Notes under the pieces: model-generated | Seen by the model: only the letters and a program-made list of their open reading frames with translations | Told to the model about the DNA's origin: nothing | Databases searched by the model: none | Shown: piece by piece, positions 50,246 through 63,224 of the stretch | Position numbering within the stretch: the stretch's first letter is position 1 | How the letters are laid out: each line of letters opens with the position of its first letter | Assembly: GCF_963921235.1 (NCBI RefSeq) | Contig: NC_086097.1 | Coordinates: 181,662,001-181,726,000, forward strand | Direction: 5' to 3' | DNA from: Mobula hypostoma | Taxonomy: Eukaryota | DNA: 64,000 bases | Made by a program: the position numbers and the translations under genes

Positions 50246-52149
50246 TATATATTAATGATTTAGAAAAGAATGTTAGTGATACGCTTAGAAACCTTGCACA
50301 TAACACAAAAAAGGAGGTTTAATGGTCAGGGAAAATAAGTAAGGAAATGGCTGAAAGACAAGTGCTTTGCACCCCATGAATCCATCCCACCTACTAGTGT
50401 TGCCACTTATAGCACTATGGAAGTGACACCACCAGTGGATACGTTGATAAAAACATAGAGTACATTTGCTTTCATCAGTGTGTATTGAGCATTCAAGTTG
50501 GCACAGTCACAGTCAGCTGTACAAACTTCGGCTACATTCCAAGTACTGTGTGCAGTTCAGGTCACAATGCTACAAGAAACTCTGAAGAGGGTGCAGAAGT
50601 GGTTCATCAGGATATTGTCTGGATTGGAGTGTTATTAGTTATAAGGAGAGGTTCTCCTTCACCTCATTTGCCAAGGATTTTCTTTCCCCTTCTTTATTCT
50701 CTAAATTCAAAACGATCCATTTAGGGAAGTTAAACTTGCACAGTGAATGGCAAGGACCTTGGAAATGTTATCGAATAGCCAGACATTGGGGAACAAGTAC
50801 AGAGTTTTCTGAAAATGGCAACAGAAGTAGACAGGGTGGGCACCAAGGTGCCTAATATGCTTGCCTTCATTGGCCAAGGCATTGACTAAAGGAGTTGGGA
50901 TATCATGTTACAGTTGCACAAAGAAGTTAGGGAGCACTTGGGAATATTGTGTGCAGTTCTGTTTCCCACTCTGAAATTTAGGTGGAGAGGGTGCAGAAAA
51001 GATTCAGAGTTATTGCCTGGACTATAGGGCTTAAAATATATTGGGTAGGCTGCGACTTTTCTCTAGAGCAAAGGACACTGAGGAATGATCTTAAGGTGGT
51101 TTATAAAATCATGAAGGGAATAGAAACAGATAATCAGTCTTTTTCTCAGGGTATGGGAGGCTAAAACTAGAAAGCATAGGAGTCCACAGAGGATGGTGGG
51201 CATATGGAGTGAGCTGCCAGAGAAAATGGTAGCAGATACAATTCTAACATTTAAGAAACATTTGGACAAGCACAGGGATGGGAAGTATTAAGAGGTATAT
51301 GGGCCAAATGGGATAAGCACAGATAGGCATCTTAGTCAACACAGATGAGTTGTGTGTTACAATTCTATGAATCTATAATTTCTCTCTGTCAGGCTATTTT
51401 CTTCCCTCTCCAGAGGAACATACATGGCTCCCTCCCCTTCCCCCACACCAAATCTCAGTTTGAATCCCTGCATCCCCTCCCCCAACTGTGCAGAAACATT
51501 AGAACATCAATAAATGTTAATGGAACAACTGAATGAACATGTGTATTTGAGGGTTTGTGGCAAACCTGTCTTCACCAGTACTCCTCACCACTTTATAAGG
51601 TCACACCTGTATTCACCAGTACTCTACCACCAGTCCTACAAATGTGTACCCAACAGAACAGCACCAACTTATGTCACAGAACATACATGTAAAACAACAA
51701 ATTTCACAACATATATCAGTGATAATAAACCTGATTCTGGCAGCTTAGGAACAACTTTTTCCCCTCCATCAGAATTCTGAACAGCCCATTGACACCACCT
51801 TGTTATTATTTTATTTTGCACTGCTTGTTTTTTGTAATTTATAGTAACTTTATGTCTTTGTCCTGCAATGCAGCTGCAAAATAACAAATTTAACATTATA
51901 TAAGTCAGTGATAACAAATCTGCTTTTGTTATCAAGTGCTTTACTTGTACCCAGTGTTTGCTCCCCACTATTACGAAGTAAAACATTGTTAGAAAATTTA
52001 AACTCCTCGTGAAATATTCTAGTAGTAAATTTGGATTTAAATGTTTGGCAGCTGCACTGTGGTGAACTGCAGCATTTACACCTTGTCCCGGTTAATGTTT
52101 CCCCAATGCGTGGTGTTCTGAGTGGTTTGACTTGAACTGAGCCCAGAGA

Positions 52150-52900
52150 GGGGCGACGTGAGGACACGGCAGCCTCTCGGAGCTTTGCCACCCGGCCAGT
52201 TACCCCTTGGTGCCTATCGGTGAGCAGAGCTTATTGTTGGCGATACGGGCCCAGGCCGCCCTTCTCCCAGCCCCCGCTGTCGGGGCCCGGTCCCCCGCTC
52301 TCAGCAGGCCAGCGGGCACCACTGTCCCGGAAGGACCGGCTCCCAGACTTCGTTCCCCGGCTGCTCACTTACATCGCCCGACAGGCCCCCGGTCGCAGGG
52401 CCCGGCTCAGGCCGCCGACTCCCACTGTTCCTGCGGCCGCACCGCTTGCTCAGCTCCCCGGGGCCCGAACCGGGGCCGCCGCCGCCGCTGCTGCTGCACC
52501 TGCGCGTTCCCGAACGTCCGCGCGCTCTCGCCGCGGCCAGTGCGCAGCCGCGGCGGCGCCCGGAGCACCAACCCCGCCCGTCCGCCCGGCGCAGACCCGC
52601 CTCTTCCGTCCGCCGCCGGCTTGGGACTCGCCTGGCGTCGGGATATAATGGCGTGACCGGTATCCGAGTGCTTGGGTTGTGACAGTGCCCAGTCTTCAAA
52701 CAGTCTCAGACCCAGGCAAGAGTCGTGACTCTAGGTACAAGTCCTGGCCAGGCCTGAGCCGCACCCTCGCTCCCGGCTTAATGCTTAGGCCTTCCGGGAT
52801 TTGCTCAGGTTAAGGACTGGCATGAACAGGCTGAGCAGTGTGGACTCCGGTTGCTACTCGTGTGTGGGTGCGAGTGAGAGTTTTGGGCCCTGGACCCGGG
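52150..52900. promoter_or_regulatory. CpG island promoter
   Basis: Abrupt GC- and CpG-rich non-repetitive segment in a CpG-depleted background; GC boxes, ETS-like CTTCCG (~52603, ~52791), YY1-like AATGGCG (~52647), NRF1-like TGCGC motifs (~52501, ~52541). Confidence 0.8.
52373..52620 (-). other. FASTK: Probable non-coding first exon of FASTK (5' boundary approximate)
   Basis: Lies in the only CpG island, upstream of the coding exons on the same strand; strong donor GAT|GTAAGT with the intron starting at 52372. The link to the next exon is inferred. Confidence 0.6.
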
Positions 52901-54787
52901 AAATTGGAATTTGCCGTAGAGATGGTGCAGCTCCTGGTTCCAGTGTTGAGCAGTTCATTGCCCAGTAATAGGCCCTTCGGCCTATCTTCTTTGAGCCTGA
53001 TGCCTTTCTAGACCTACCGCCTGTGCCCACTCTGCGCCTTTCCTAACCCAGCACAGTACCTGTCCGAAGTCAAGTTTATCATCAGGTGTCGTTGTTACTG
53101 TACAAGTGCAATGGAAAAACTTATTTGCAGCAGCATTACAGACACATGGCATCATATCAGAATCAGATTTGTTACCGCTGACATGTAGTGAAATTTATTC
53201 TGCTGCAGTACAGGCAGGACATAAACATAAGTATAATTTTTTAAAAAATACTGCAAAAGAGGAACACTGAATACTATAGACCATTCAGAAATCTGAATCT
53301 TTCTATTCATTGAGCGTGGCTGTTTGGGCTCCTGTACCTCCTCCCAAAAGGTAATGAAAAGAGGGCATGTCGTTAATGGTGAAGGTTCTTAATAATGGAT
53401 GCCACCTTGAGGCACTGCCTTTTGAGGATGCCCATGATGGAAATGGCTGTCTACAACCTTCTGAAGTCTCTTGTGATCCTGTGCATTGAAGCCTCTGTAC
53501 CAGGCTGTGATACATCAACCAGAATGCTGCAGGAATTTTTAAAAAGATTTTGGAGACAAATCACTTCTCAAACTTGCAACAAAGTGGAGCTACTAGTGTG
53601 TAAGTTGTGGTAAGCCAAAGGTTACTTAATGTCCAAGCAAGGACAGATTGCAAATAGAGTGCAGACAACCAAGACAAGAAAAGTCTTTGAAGAGTGTAAC
53701 TTCATTTTACAGAACAGATTCCCAGATACCTTTTCACTCACTGGAGACAATATAAGAAGATAATGAAAGGATGAAAACCCCCCCCCCCACACACACACCA
53801 ACAAAGGGATGATTGCTTTACTAACTTCAAAGTATCATTGATTGTTAGTTTGTAGTTTTATTGACTTTTAATACCTTTATTGTGAATGGTGATTGATCCG
53901 GCAAGTAAGAAATCCAAACATACACAGCTGACCAACTGGTCCATTTCCATAACTGCTAATCATTTCTGTATAAAATTAGCATTATTTTGTTTTGACTTCA
54001 GAACAGTGTGGTGACTGGGGCCATGCTGCTCTCCTTGTGCATGAGTAAAATAAAGTATGATTGAGGAATGAGCGTATGTGTTCAAAGTCCAGTTAATTGG
54101 TGACGATGCTAGTGTGTCTCCATGATTGCTTCAATCTGTAAGGGCCAGGAAAGATCCCCTGAGGTGTTGATGCCCAAGGACTTGAAGCTGCTCACCTTTT
54201 CCACCACTGACCTTTCAATAAGGTATGTTTTCTCCCGACTTCACTTTCTTGAAGTCCACAGTCAGTTCCTTGATCTTGCTGACATTGAATGTGAGATTGT
54301 TGATTTAACAACATGCTACCTGCTGATCTACTTCACTTCTGTACACCTCCTCCTCATCACCATCTGATATTTTGCCAACAACAATGGTGTCACAGATGAA
54401 TTCAAAGATAGTGCCTGAGCAAAGCTTAGTCACACAGTGTAGAGACAGAAGAGCAGTGGACTGTGTAAACATCACTTGGTGTGCCTGTGTTGATTGTCAA
54501 CATGGTGGTGATCAGTACTGACTGTGGGCTCTCGATAAGGAAATTGAAGATCCAGTTGCAAATGGCGTTATAGATTCCCAGGTTTTGAGGCTTGCTGGTT
54601 AGTGCTGTGGGGGTGATAGTGTTGAACATTGAGTTAAACGAACAGTAGCCTGAAATAGCTGCTCCAAAGCAGAGTGAAGAGCCAGTGAGATTGTGTCCAC
54701 TCTAGACCTTTTGTGGCAGTAGACAAATTGCAGCAGCTCTAGGTTCTTAACCAGGCAGGAGTTAATTTCAGCCATGACCAAACTCCA

Positions 54788-54820
54788 ATAATAATAATAA
54801 TAATAATAACAACAACAACA
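54788..54820. repeat. (AAT)n(AAC)n microsatellite
   Basis: Direct tandem trinucleotide repeats. Confidence 0.85.
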
Positions 54821-56172
54821 TTCACAAGGAAATCAAATTAGATAAATTTTGCAAGGAAGACCATAATTAGAACAAAACTAAACTGCAACCGCCTAGCTTT
54901 GTGTCTGTGGTCTTACTTTCATTTTGAATGCTATTTGCTTACTTTTATTGTTTGCATAATTTGTTTTTTTTCTCTGCGCATTGGGTGTTTGATGGCCTTT
55001 TTTTTAGGGGTTCTTTTGGGTTTCTTTATTTTGTGCCTGTTTGTAAGGAGACAAATCTCAAGGTTGTGTAATGTATACATACTTTGAAAATAAATGTACT
55101 TTGAACTTTAAAATAAAGTCCATTTTATTGCAAAGTGGCCATAGTGTTACAAAACTGAGGGAGAGATTCGGGTTACGCGGGTTGGTTGAAGAACTGAATG
55201 GTTGATGGGAAGTAGCTATTTTTGAACCTGTTGGTGATGGACTTCGGGTTTCTGTACTTCCTGCCACATGGCAGCAGTGAGAAGATAGTGAGGCCCGAGT
55301 GGTGGGGAATCTTCAATGATAGATATTGCCTTTCCGAGGCAGTGCTTCCAGTAGATATTATCAACAGTGGGAAGGGATGACCCCGTGATATATTGGGCAG
55401 AGTTCACCATCTGCTGCAACTTCATATTGCATCTATGTGCTGGGCCTAGGACAGATCCTGCAATATGTTAATGCCCAGGAATTTAAAGCTGCTAACTCTC
55501 ACCACCACCAACTCCACATTCCACAACCTCCCAACAACAATCATGTTTGCCTTTTAAATGTTGTAATTGTATCTGCCTCCAACACCTTCTCTGGTAATTT
55601 ATCCCAAATTATCATCATTTTTGGTGTGGAACAATAACTCTCAGATCAACTTGAAATTTCTTTCATTTCACCTTAAACTTGCACACTCTAGTTTTGCACT
55701 CCCCCACCCTGGGAAAAGGCTGTGTCTATTCACCTTAGCTGTGTCCTTTGTGGCTTAATACAGTAAACCTCAATAACATCACCCTTCAGCCTCCTTCACC
55801 CAAGGAATAAACAGTCCCAGCCTGTCCAATCTCTCCTTACAAACTCAAATTCTCCAGTCCTGGTAAAATCCTTGTGAATCGTTTCTGCGTCCTCTCCAGC
55901 TTAATCATATTCTTCCTATAGTACAGCAACCACAACTGCACACAATACTCTTGATGAAGCCAAGCATGCATTACCTTTCTTCACCATGCTAGCTACCTGT
56001 ATTGCCACTTTTAGAGTCTTAGAATTGAAGAGCATAGAAACAGCCCACAATCTCTGTGATGACCAACATGCCTTTCCACACTAATCCCACTTACGTTGTA
56101 GAACTGTACAGCACAAGAACAGATTCTTCAGCCAACCTGATGCCACTAATCCCTTCTGGCCTGCATTAATTT

Positions 56173-56923
56173 CACCAGATAACAATTTTTTTTTGAAGTG
56201 TTGTTTCATCATAATTTTTTTTTGCTTATGATAGACTGCTTGAAGCTGAACATAAATATAACATCAAAATTCTTGTATCATGTAGGAATTTGGAGAAACA
56301 AGAAATTAACTTTTTTAAATTATGTGTTTAATTACATAATGGTGCTGAGCTTTGCAACAATTCAACTAAGCTTAAAATGTTATGTTGATAATTTTCATTT
56401 GTACTCAACATCTGAGGCTTCTTGCTTAAGTGTCCAACAATAATCAGCCTGTAGTGATGGACTCCATTTGCGACACTGTTTCTCCATGACCACAATGTTC
56501 TGGTGAAACCTTTCACCATGCTCGTCACTGACAGTGTCAAGATTTGCAGGGAGATGGTTTTTGTATGCTTGGAGCACATTATCAACCAGCTGCATATAGT
56601 TTGGTGCTCTCTAATTGCCAAGAAAATTTTCAACAACCTCCTTGAATGCCTTCCATGCGATTTTCTCCAGTCCCACTAGAAGTTCTTGGAATTACCAGCC
56701 ATTTATGACCTGCTTGATTTGAGTACCAACAAAAATGCCTTCCTTAATCTTGGCATCAACTATTCTGACTTGAATTATGAATTGAAATAACAAATATAAG
56801 CTTTTTTTTTTAACAAAATGGTGTGTGATAGGGAAATTTCATGGCGATTTTCATGATCAGCAGCCCAAAATCCGTAAGATACACCCAAATGTATTCAGGA
56901 AGCAACATCTTTCTTGTCCAGTG
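56173..56923 (-). mobile_element. Internally deleted Chapaev-like (CMC) DNA transposon
   Basis: Transposase remnant NLDTVSDEHGERFHQNI..MEK...QADYCW; CAC...GTG termini; TTT 3-bp flanks. Confidence 0.65.
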
Positions 56924-58559
56924 TTTCCTACCCTTTGTGCCCTGGTCATTCATATACCTGTCAAGATGCCTCTTAAATGTTGTTACTGCTCCTACTTCTA
57001 GCACCTTTGGCAGCTCATTCCAGATTCTAGATCGTCTTTGAAAAATGTATTCCTTGCATCTCCTTAACACATTGATCATTGGTATTGATTTATTAATGTT
57101 GCATGTACTGAGGTACAGTGAAAAGCTTGTATTGCCTACTGTTTATACAGATCAAATCATTACAAAGTGCATCAAGGCAGAACAAAGTAAAAAGAGTAAC
57201 AATGCAGAATAAAGTGTAAAAGGTACCAAAAAATATACAGTACAGGTCAATGATAAAGTGCAATATCATATATGACAAGGAAGATTGTGAGGACGAGAGT
57301 ATACCTGAAATTACAAGAGGTCTGTTCAACAGTCTGATAACAGTGGGGTAGAAGCTGTCCTTGAGCTTGGTTGTACATGGTTTCAAGCTTTTGATTCATC
57401 TCTCCAATTGGAGAGAGGAGAAGTGAGAATGTCCGGGTTGTGGGGGTCTTTGATAATGCTGGCTGCTTTACTAAGAATACTTTCTTAGGTGCATCATTAA
57501 CAATTGGTAATGGTCAAGAGAAATATGCTACATTTCTTTAGCCTCCTGAGGAGGCAGAGGCATTGATGTCCTCACTGGGGCATAGAAGCCTAAAGACTAG
57601 TTAATACACAACTGTGGCAAGAGCTAGCAGGAGTTGGTGCACAGTGGCAGATCATGGCTGGACAGCCAGACAGAGTCTCCGGGTCAGAGTAGGCTGGCTC
57701 AGCACCGATGGTGGTTAGCCTGGCAGCAGTAGACATGGTTGGCAGCAAGGATGGCCCTCTGTCACCTTTTCCAAGCATTCCAGCATTAGCAAACCAGTGC
57801 CTTGGTGGATGAGACCTCCTCTGCAGGAAACAATGGGGGTTGATATCCCTGAAGCACTTCAAAGGGTGACATGCTTGTGGGAGAGGAGGTGTGTAGGTTG
57901 TGAGATACTTCTTCCATTTGGAAGGGTTAGAGGCAACGAAACATCATAGAAACTTCTCCACTAGCTGATTGGATGAACTTGTGGTGCTCTCTGATGTTAA
58001 TGTACATCAGAGATTTGGAAAAGGCAAAAGATAGATGTGTATGCGTTGCATTCTCAGACCATCACAGATCCCAAAGGACGTATTTCAATGGCCATAATGC
58101 AGAAGGGAGAGAGATAGCCTCAGCAGAGAGATCAAGCTGCATACACTGAATCTGGTTCAGACAGTTGCCTGCTCCACCGGAATCCACCAGAGCCTCCTGT
58201 GTGCATAGAGCCATTGGAGTGTGCAGGAGGACAAAGAGAGCGAGTCAAGCTATTGAGCTGGAACAAGAGGCCGGGGGGAACTTACCTTGTCTCTACACGG
58301 TAGTGCTGTTTTTCCAGGCGCAGAGGGCATTTGATGCGTTGGTGATCTGTGGCTCCACAGCAAGCACAGAAGATGTTCCTTCACCAAGGAGTTAAGGGAG
58401 ATCCTGACCAGCAAGATTTCACTGGTAAATCATGATGACATTCTGCAGGCTATGTACAATACTTATAAATATACTTCTTTTGAATTAGTCTCACTACAAT
58501 CTGCAGCATGTAATTTCCCTTTATGCAATGTACTTTTAAATTGACTTTATGAACTACAG

Positions 58560-61500
58560 ATTTCACAGTCTCCGGAAAGCCATCTCATAGGCTAAGTGGC
58601 AATTCCGGACTAAACTTGAATCAACGAAGGATGCTCAACAATTATGGCAGGGCTTGAATGCTAACACCTCTTATAAAGTAAAATCAAGTGACATAGGCAA
58701 CAACAGGTCTTCACTTCCAGAGGAGCTCAATGCCTTCTTTTTTCAGACTGCCAAAACATGGAGGAACTATCACAAACTCCCACAGCCCCCAGTGATCTTG
58801 TAATTTTAGTCTCTGAGGTTGATGTGTGAGTATCCCTCAGGAGGGCGAACCTGTAAAAAGCAACTGGACCAGTCAAGGTACCTGACCAAGTACTAAAGAC
58901 CTGTGCTGATCAACTGGCTGGAGTGTTCAATGAGATTTTTAACCTCTTGCTTTGGCAGTTTGAGGTACCCACCTTCTTCAAGCAGGCTTCACTTCTACTG
59001 ATGCCTTAGAAAAACGTGGTAACCTGCCTCGATGACTATCGTCCAGTAGCACATAGGTAGATAGATAGATATTTTATTGATCCCAAAGGAAATTACAGTG
59101 TCACTTTAGCATTACAAGTGAACAGATATACAAATATTAGAAAAGAAGCAAGAAAGAATAAAAAATAAGTTACCTTAAAAATAAGATGTACAAATTTACA
59201 AGTCAAAGATTACAAGATTTACAAATTCACACTGATAAGGTGGTAGCGCAAGCATTACCGTAATATTATACAATAATGGGTGCACATTCACACTGTCCAG
59301 ATAAGAAGTGATGGTAGTATTGCAAAGTATTGCACAGGCTGTCCGCAATAGCAGGGTGTGGTAAACAGAGCTAAGCAAAGCTCTGGTAAACAGAAGGTAA
59401 TAACAGTCTAACAGGAGGAGGTCATCATTTCCCCAGCTATAGTTTGACTAATGGCCGAGGGTAAGAATGACCCCATATAGCGCTCTTTGGAGCAGCGCCG
59501 TTGTCTTAGTCTATTTCTGAAAGTGCTCCCGTTAGCCAAAGTGGCATGCAGAGGGTGAGAAACATTGTCCAGAATTGCCAGGATTTTCCGTAGGTCCTTT
59601 GTTCTACCATAGCCTCCAGTGTGTCCAGTTTTACTCCTATAACAGAGCCAGCCTTTCGAAACAGTTTATTGAGCCCGTTGGCATCACCGGCGTTGAAGCC
59701 ATTGACCCAGCACACCACCACATAGAAGATTGTACTGGCGACAACAGACAGGTAGAACATGTGGAGGAGAGGCCTCCATACTCCAAAGGACTTCAGCTTC
59801 CTCAGGAAGTAGAGGTGACATTGGCCCTTCTTGCACACAGACTCTGTTTTGATGTTCCACTCAAATCTGTCATCTCAGGTACTTATCAGTCCTCACCACA
59901 TCAATAGTAACAGGGAGCAGAGCAGGCTTGGTCTTCCTTAGAGACAATCGCCATCTCCTTTGTCTAACTGATGTTGAACTGCAGATGATTCAGCTTGCAC
60001 CATTCCACAAAGTCCTCCACGAGGGCCCTGTATTCATCCTCCCGTCCTCCATTTCTACACCCATCTATTGCTGAGTCATCAGAGAATGTCTGCAGATGAT
60101 GTGACTCACTACTACATCTAAAGTCCAAGGTTTACAGGGTAAAAGGGTAAACAGGAAAGGAGCCAATACAGTCTCCCACAACCCCCTCCCACACCAACAC
60201 CCCCCCCACCCCCATGGGGCTGTGCTGCTTATAGCCATGTCTGACACACAGCTCTGAATCTGCCCAACTGTGGTCTACCAGTCAGGTAGTCCATTATCTT
60301 GCGTACAGTGGGAAGTGCCAACCTGCATTGAATGGAGCTTTTCCTCGAGAAATTAGGGCTGTATGGTATTGAAGGTACTTGAGAAATCAAAAAAACATCC
60401 TTTGCGATGAAGTGCTTTGAGAGGTTGATGATGAAACACATCATTTCCTGCCTGAGGTACAACTTGGATCCACAGCAAATACCATCGTTTGGCTCTTCAT
60501 TCAATCCTGAAACATCTGGCCAGCAAAGATGCATGCAAAAGGATGCTCTTTATCAACTACAGCTTGGTATTCAATACTATAAATCCCTCAAAACTAATCA
60601 ATAAGCTTCAAGACTTTAGCCTCAAAATACATCATTGTGCAATTGGATCTCCAGTTTCCTCACTTGCAGACCCAGCTGAGTTTGGATCGGCAACAAAATC
60701 TCCTCCACAATTTCTATCAGCACATATGCTAAGCCCCCTGCTCTACTTGTTTTACACATAATTGTGTTGTTAAGCCACAGGTCCAATGCCATATACACAT
60801 TTGCTGACAACACAACTGTCATTGGCCAAATCAAAGGTGGTGACAAATCAGTATATAGGAGGGAGATTGAAAATCTGGCACCACAATTACCTCTTAATCA
60901 AAGTCAGGAAGACCAAAGAGTTAATTATGGACTTCAGGAGGAGGAATTCAGAGGTCCTTGAGCCAGTACTCATCAGGGGATCAGTGGTGGAAAGGGTCAG
61001 CAACTTTAAATTCCTTGGAGTTATCTTTTCAGAGGACCTGTCTTGGGCCCAGCACATAAGTGCAATTATGAAGAAAGCATGGCAGTTCCTCTACTTCCTT
61101 ATGAGTTTGTGAATATTTGGCACAACATCTAAAACTTTGACAAGCTTCTATAGATGTGTCATGGAGGTCATATTGACTGGCTGCATCACAGCCTGACATG
61201 GAAACACCAATGCCCTTGAACAGAAAATCCTACAAAATGTAGTGGATTTGTAGGATTACAACCTTCCCCACCATTGAACACATCTAAACAGAGTACTGTG
61301 CAGGAAAGCAGCAACCATCATCAGGGACTCCCACCAACTAGGTTACACTCTCTTCACATTGCTGCCATCAGAAAGAAGGTACAGGAGCCCCAGGACTAAC
61401 ACCACCAGGTTCAGGAACAGTTATTACCCCTCAACCATCAGGCTCTTGAATCACTCGCCCCATCACTGAAATGTTCCCATAACCTATGAACCCACTTTCA

Positions 61501-61730
61501 AGGACTCTTCATCTCTTGTTCTTGATATTTATTGCTTATTTATTTATTATTATTATTTCTTTATTTTTGTATTTGCATATTTTGTTGACTTTTGCACACC
61601 GGTTGACACTCAGTTGGTGCGGTGCTTCATTGATTCTATTATGGATTTATTGAGTATGCCTGTGAGAAAATTAATGTCAGGGTTGTATATGGTAACATAT
61701 ATTTACTTTGATAATAAACTTACCTTGAAT
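58560..61730 (+). mobile_element. Rex1-type LINE ORF2 remnant interrupted by an antisense Rex-type LINE (~59060-60400)
   Basis: CLDDYRPVA before the insert joins MKCFERLMMKHI after it; then FINYSLVFNTINP, YTFADNTT, FKFLGV. The insert encodes LYFLRKLKSF on the minus strand. Confidence 0.8.
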
Positions 61731-62627
61731 AAGTTCTGGAGGCATTGATGATGAGAGTCCTGCAGCCTGAAATGCTGCAGGGAATGGAACTGGGGTTCTG
61801 GCTGATGATCTAAAGGGTAAGATTGATGAGGCTTTCAAGGTCAATGGGCATCTCCTGGGCAGACAGCTCATCTCTCAAGTGCTCTGAGAGGCCATGATGG
61901 TAATGGACCAGCAGCACTTATGCATTTTAGTCACACTCTGCACTGAGGGTCCTGATATCCACGGGGTAACCCAGAAACAAATGTAAGCCTTGACGCAGGC
62001 AAAGTATCCAATCTGCTACCTGCCTTCCACTTCCTGGATGGTCGAAAACACGGCACATCTCAGCAGTGAATTCTTCATATTTATTGCAAAAAGTGGTTTT
62101 ATTGTCCCAGTTAGTGGCGGCCTAGGTCAGAGCTTGACCAGTCAGCACAGAGATGATGAAGGCAACCTTGGCTTGGTTTGTAGAATACAAAGATGGCTGA
62201 AGCTTGACGTGTAAGACACACTGGGATGGGTGTGGCATCAGGTTGGGGATCCATTGAAGCAGTTGGGCATCAGAATCTGGGGCTCCGAGGGACGAGGTTG
62301 ACTTGCACAGGATCGTGCACTCCTGTCAATGGACAACTTCCTTCAGGTGAATGTACTCCGCTGGGTCAACCATTGGTTCTCCCTTCCTGTCAGAAAATGG
62401 AGAAGAAGCTTGACCCAAAAGCAGAGTAGTGGTGACGACATAGCAGTAAATTATATTTTACTAATAAACTGCAAAAAAACAAGGGATGAGGGACCACAAA
62501 ACAAGAGAGAACACATACTTCACACAACAGGGCAACAAGGTAACAAGGCTAGGAGCAATGGTTGAGGCTGGCTGGTTCACTGGGTGAACAAGGACTGAGA
62601 GTAAGCAGCTTCAAGTTCCTGAGTATC

Positions 62628-63220
62628 AACATAGGAGCAGGAGTAGGCCTTCTGACCTGTTCAGCCTGCTCCACCATTTAATAAGATTATGGCTGATCTG
62701 GCTCCATCTACCTGCCTTTTTGGCATAAACTTGCTATATAAAATCTGTATCTTAAATATAGTTAATGAGTTAGCCTCTACTATTCACTGGGCAGAGATTC
62801 ACTGCTCTCTGGGAAAAGCAATTTCTCCTCATCTCCATTATAAATCCAGTCCCCTGATCTTTTGGCTCTGTTTCCTACTTCTAGCCTCACTTACCAGTGA
62901 AAACAATTATTCTGCCTCTGTCAAATATCCCTCTCATAACTTTTTATATTTTCATAAGACTCTCTCTCATTCGTCTGAATTCCAGTGATTATAATCCCAG
63001 GTGACTGAATTCTCTCTTCATGGACTAACTTTATCATCTTTGGAATCAACCTGGGGAACCTCCTCTGCACCACCTCAAGTGCTAGTATATATTTCCTCAA
63101 TTGAGACCAGAACTGCACTCAGTATTCTAGGTGTGGTCTCATTAGTACCACACACAGTTGCAGCATAAGCATAACCTTCCCCTTCTTAAACTCAATTCCA
63201 CTAGCAATGAAGGCCAACGT
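62628..63220 (-). mobile_element. CR1 3' fragment
   Basis: QFWS...LEVVQRRFPRLIP remnant and CR1 3' UTR. Confidence 0.75.
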
Positions 63221-63224
63221 TCAG

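Noticed and set aside
52207..52699. Several 78-149 aa ORFs in the CpG island as coding genes or a FASTK N-terminal extension
   Set aside because: GC-rich sequence lacks stops by chance. The minus-strand frame spliced to 35586 hits TGA at 35556-35554 before the FASTK ATG.
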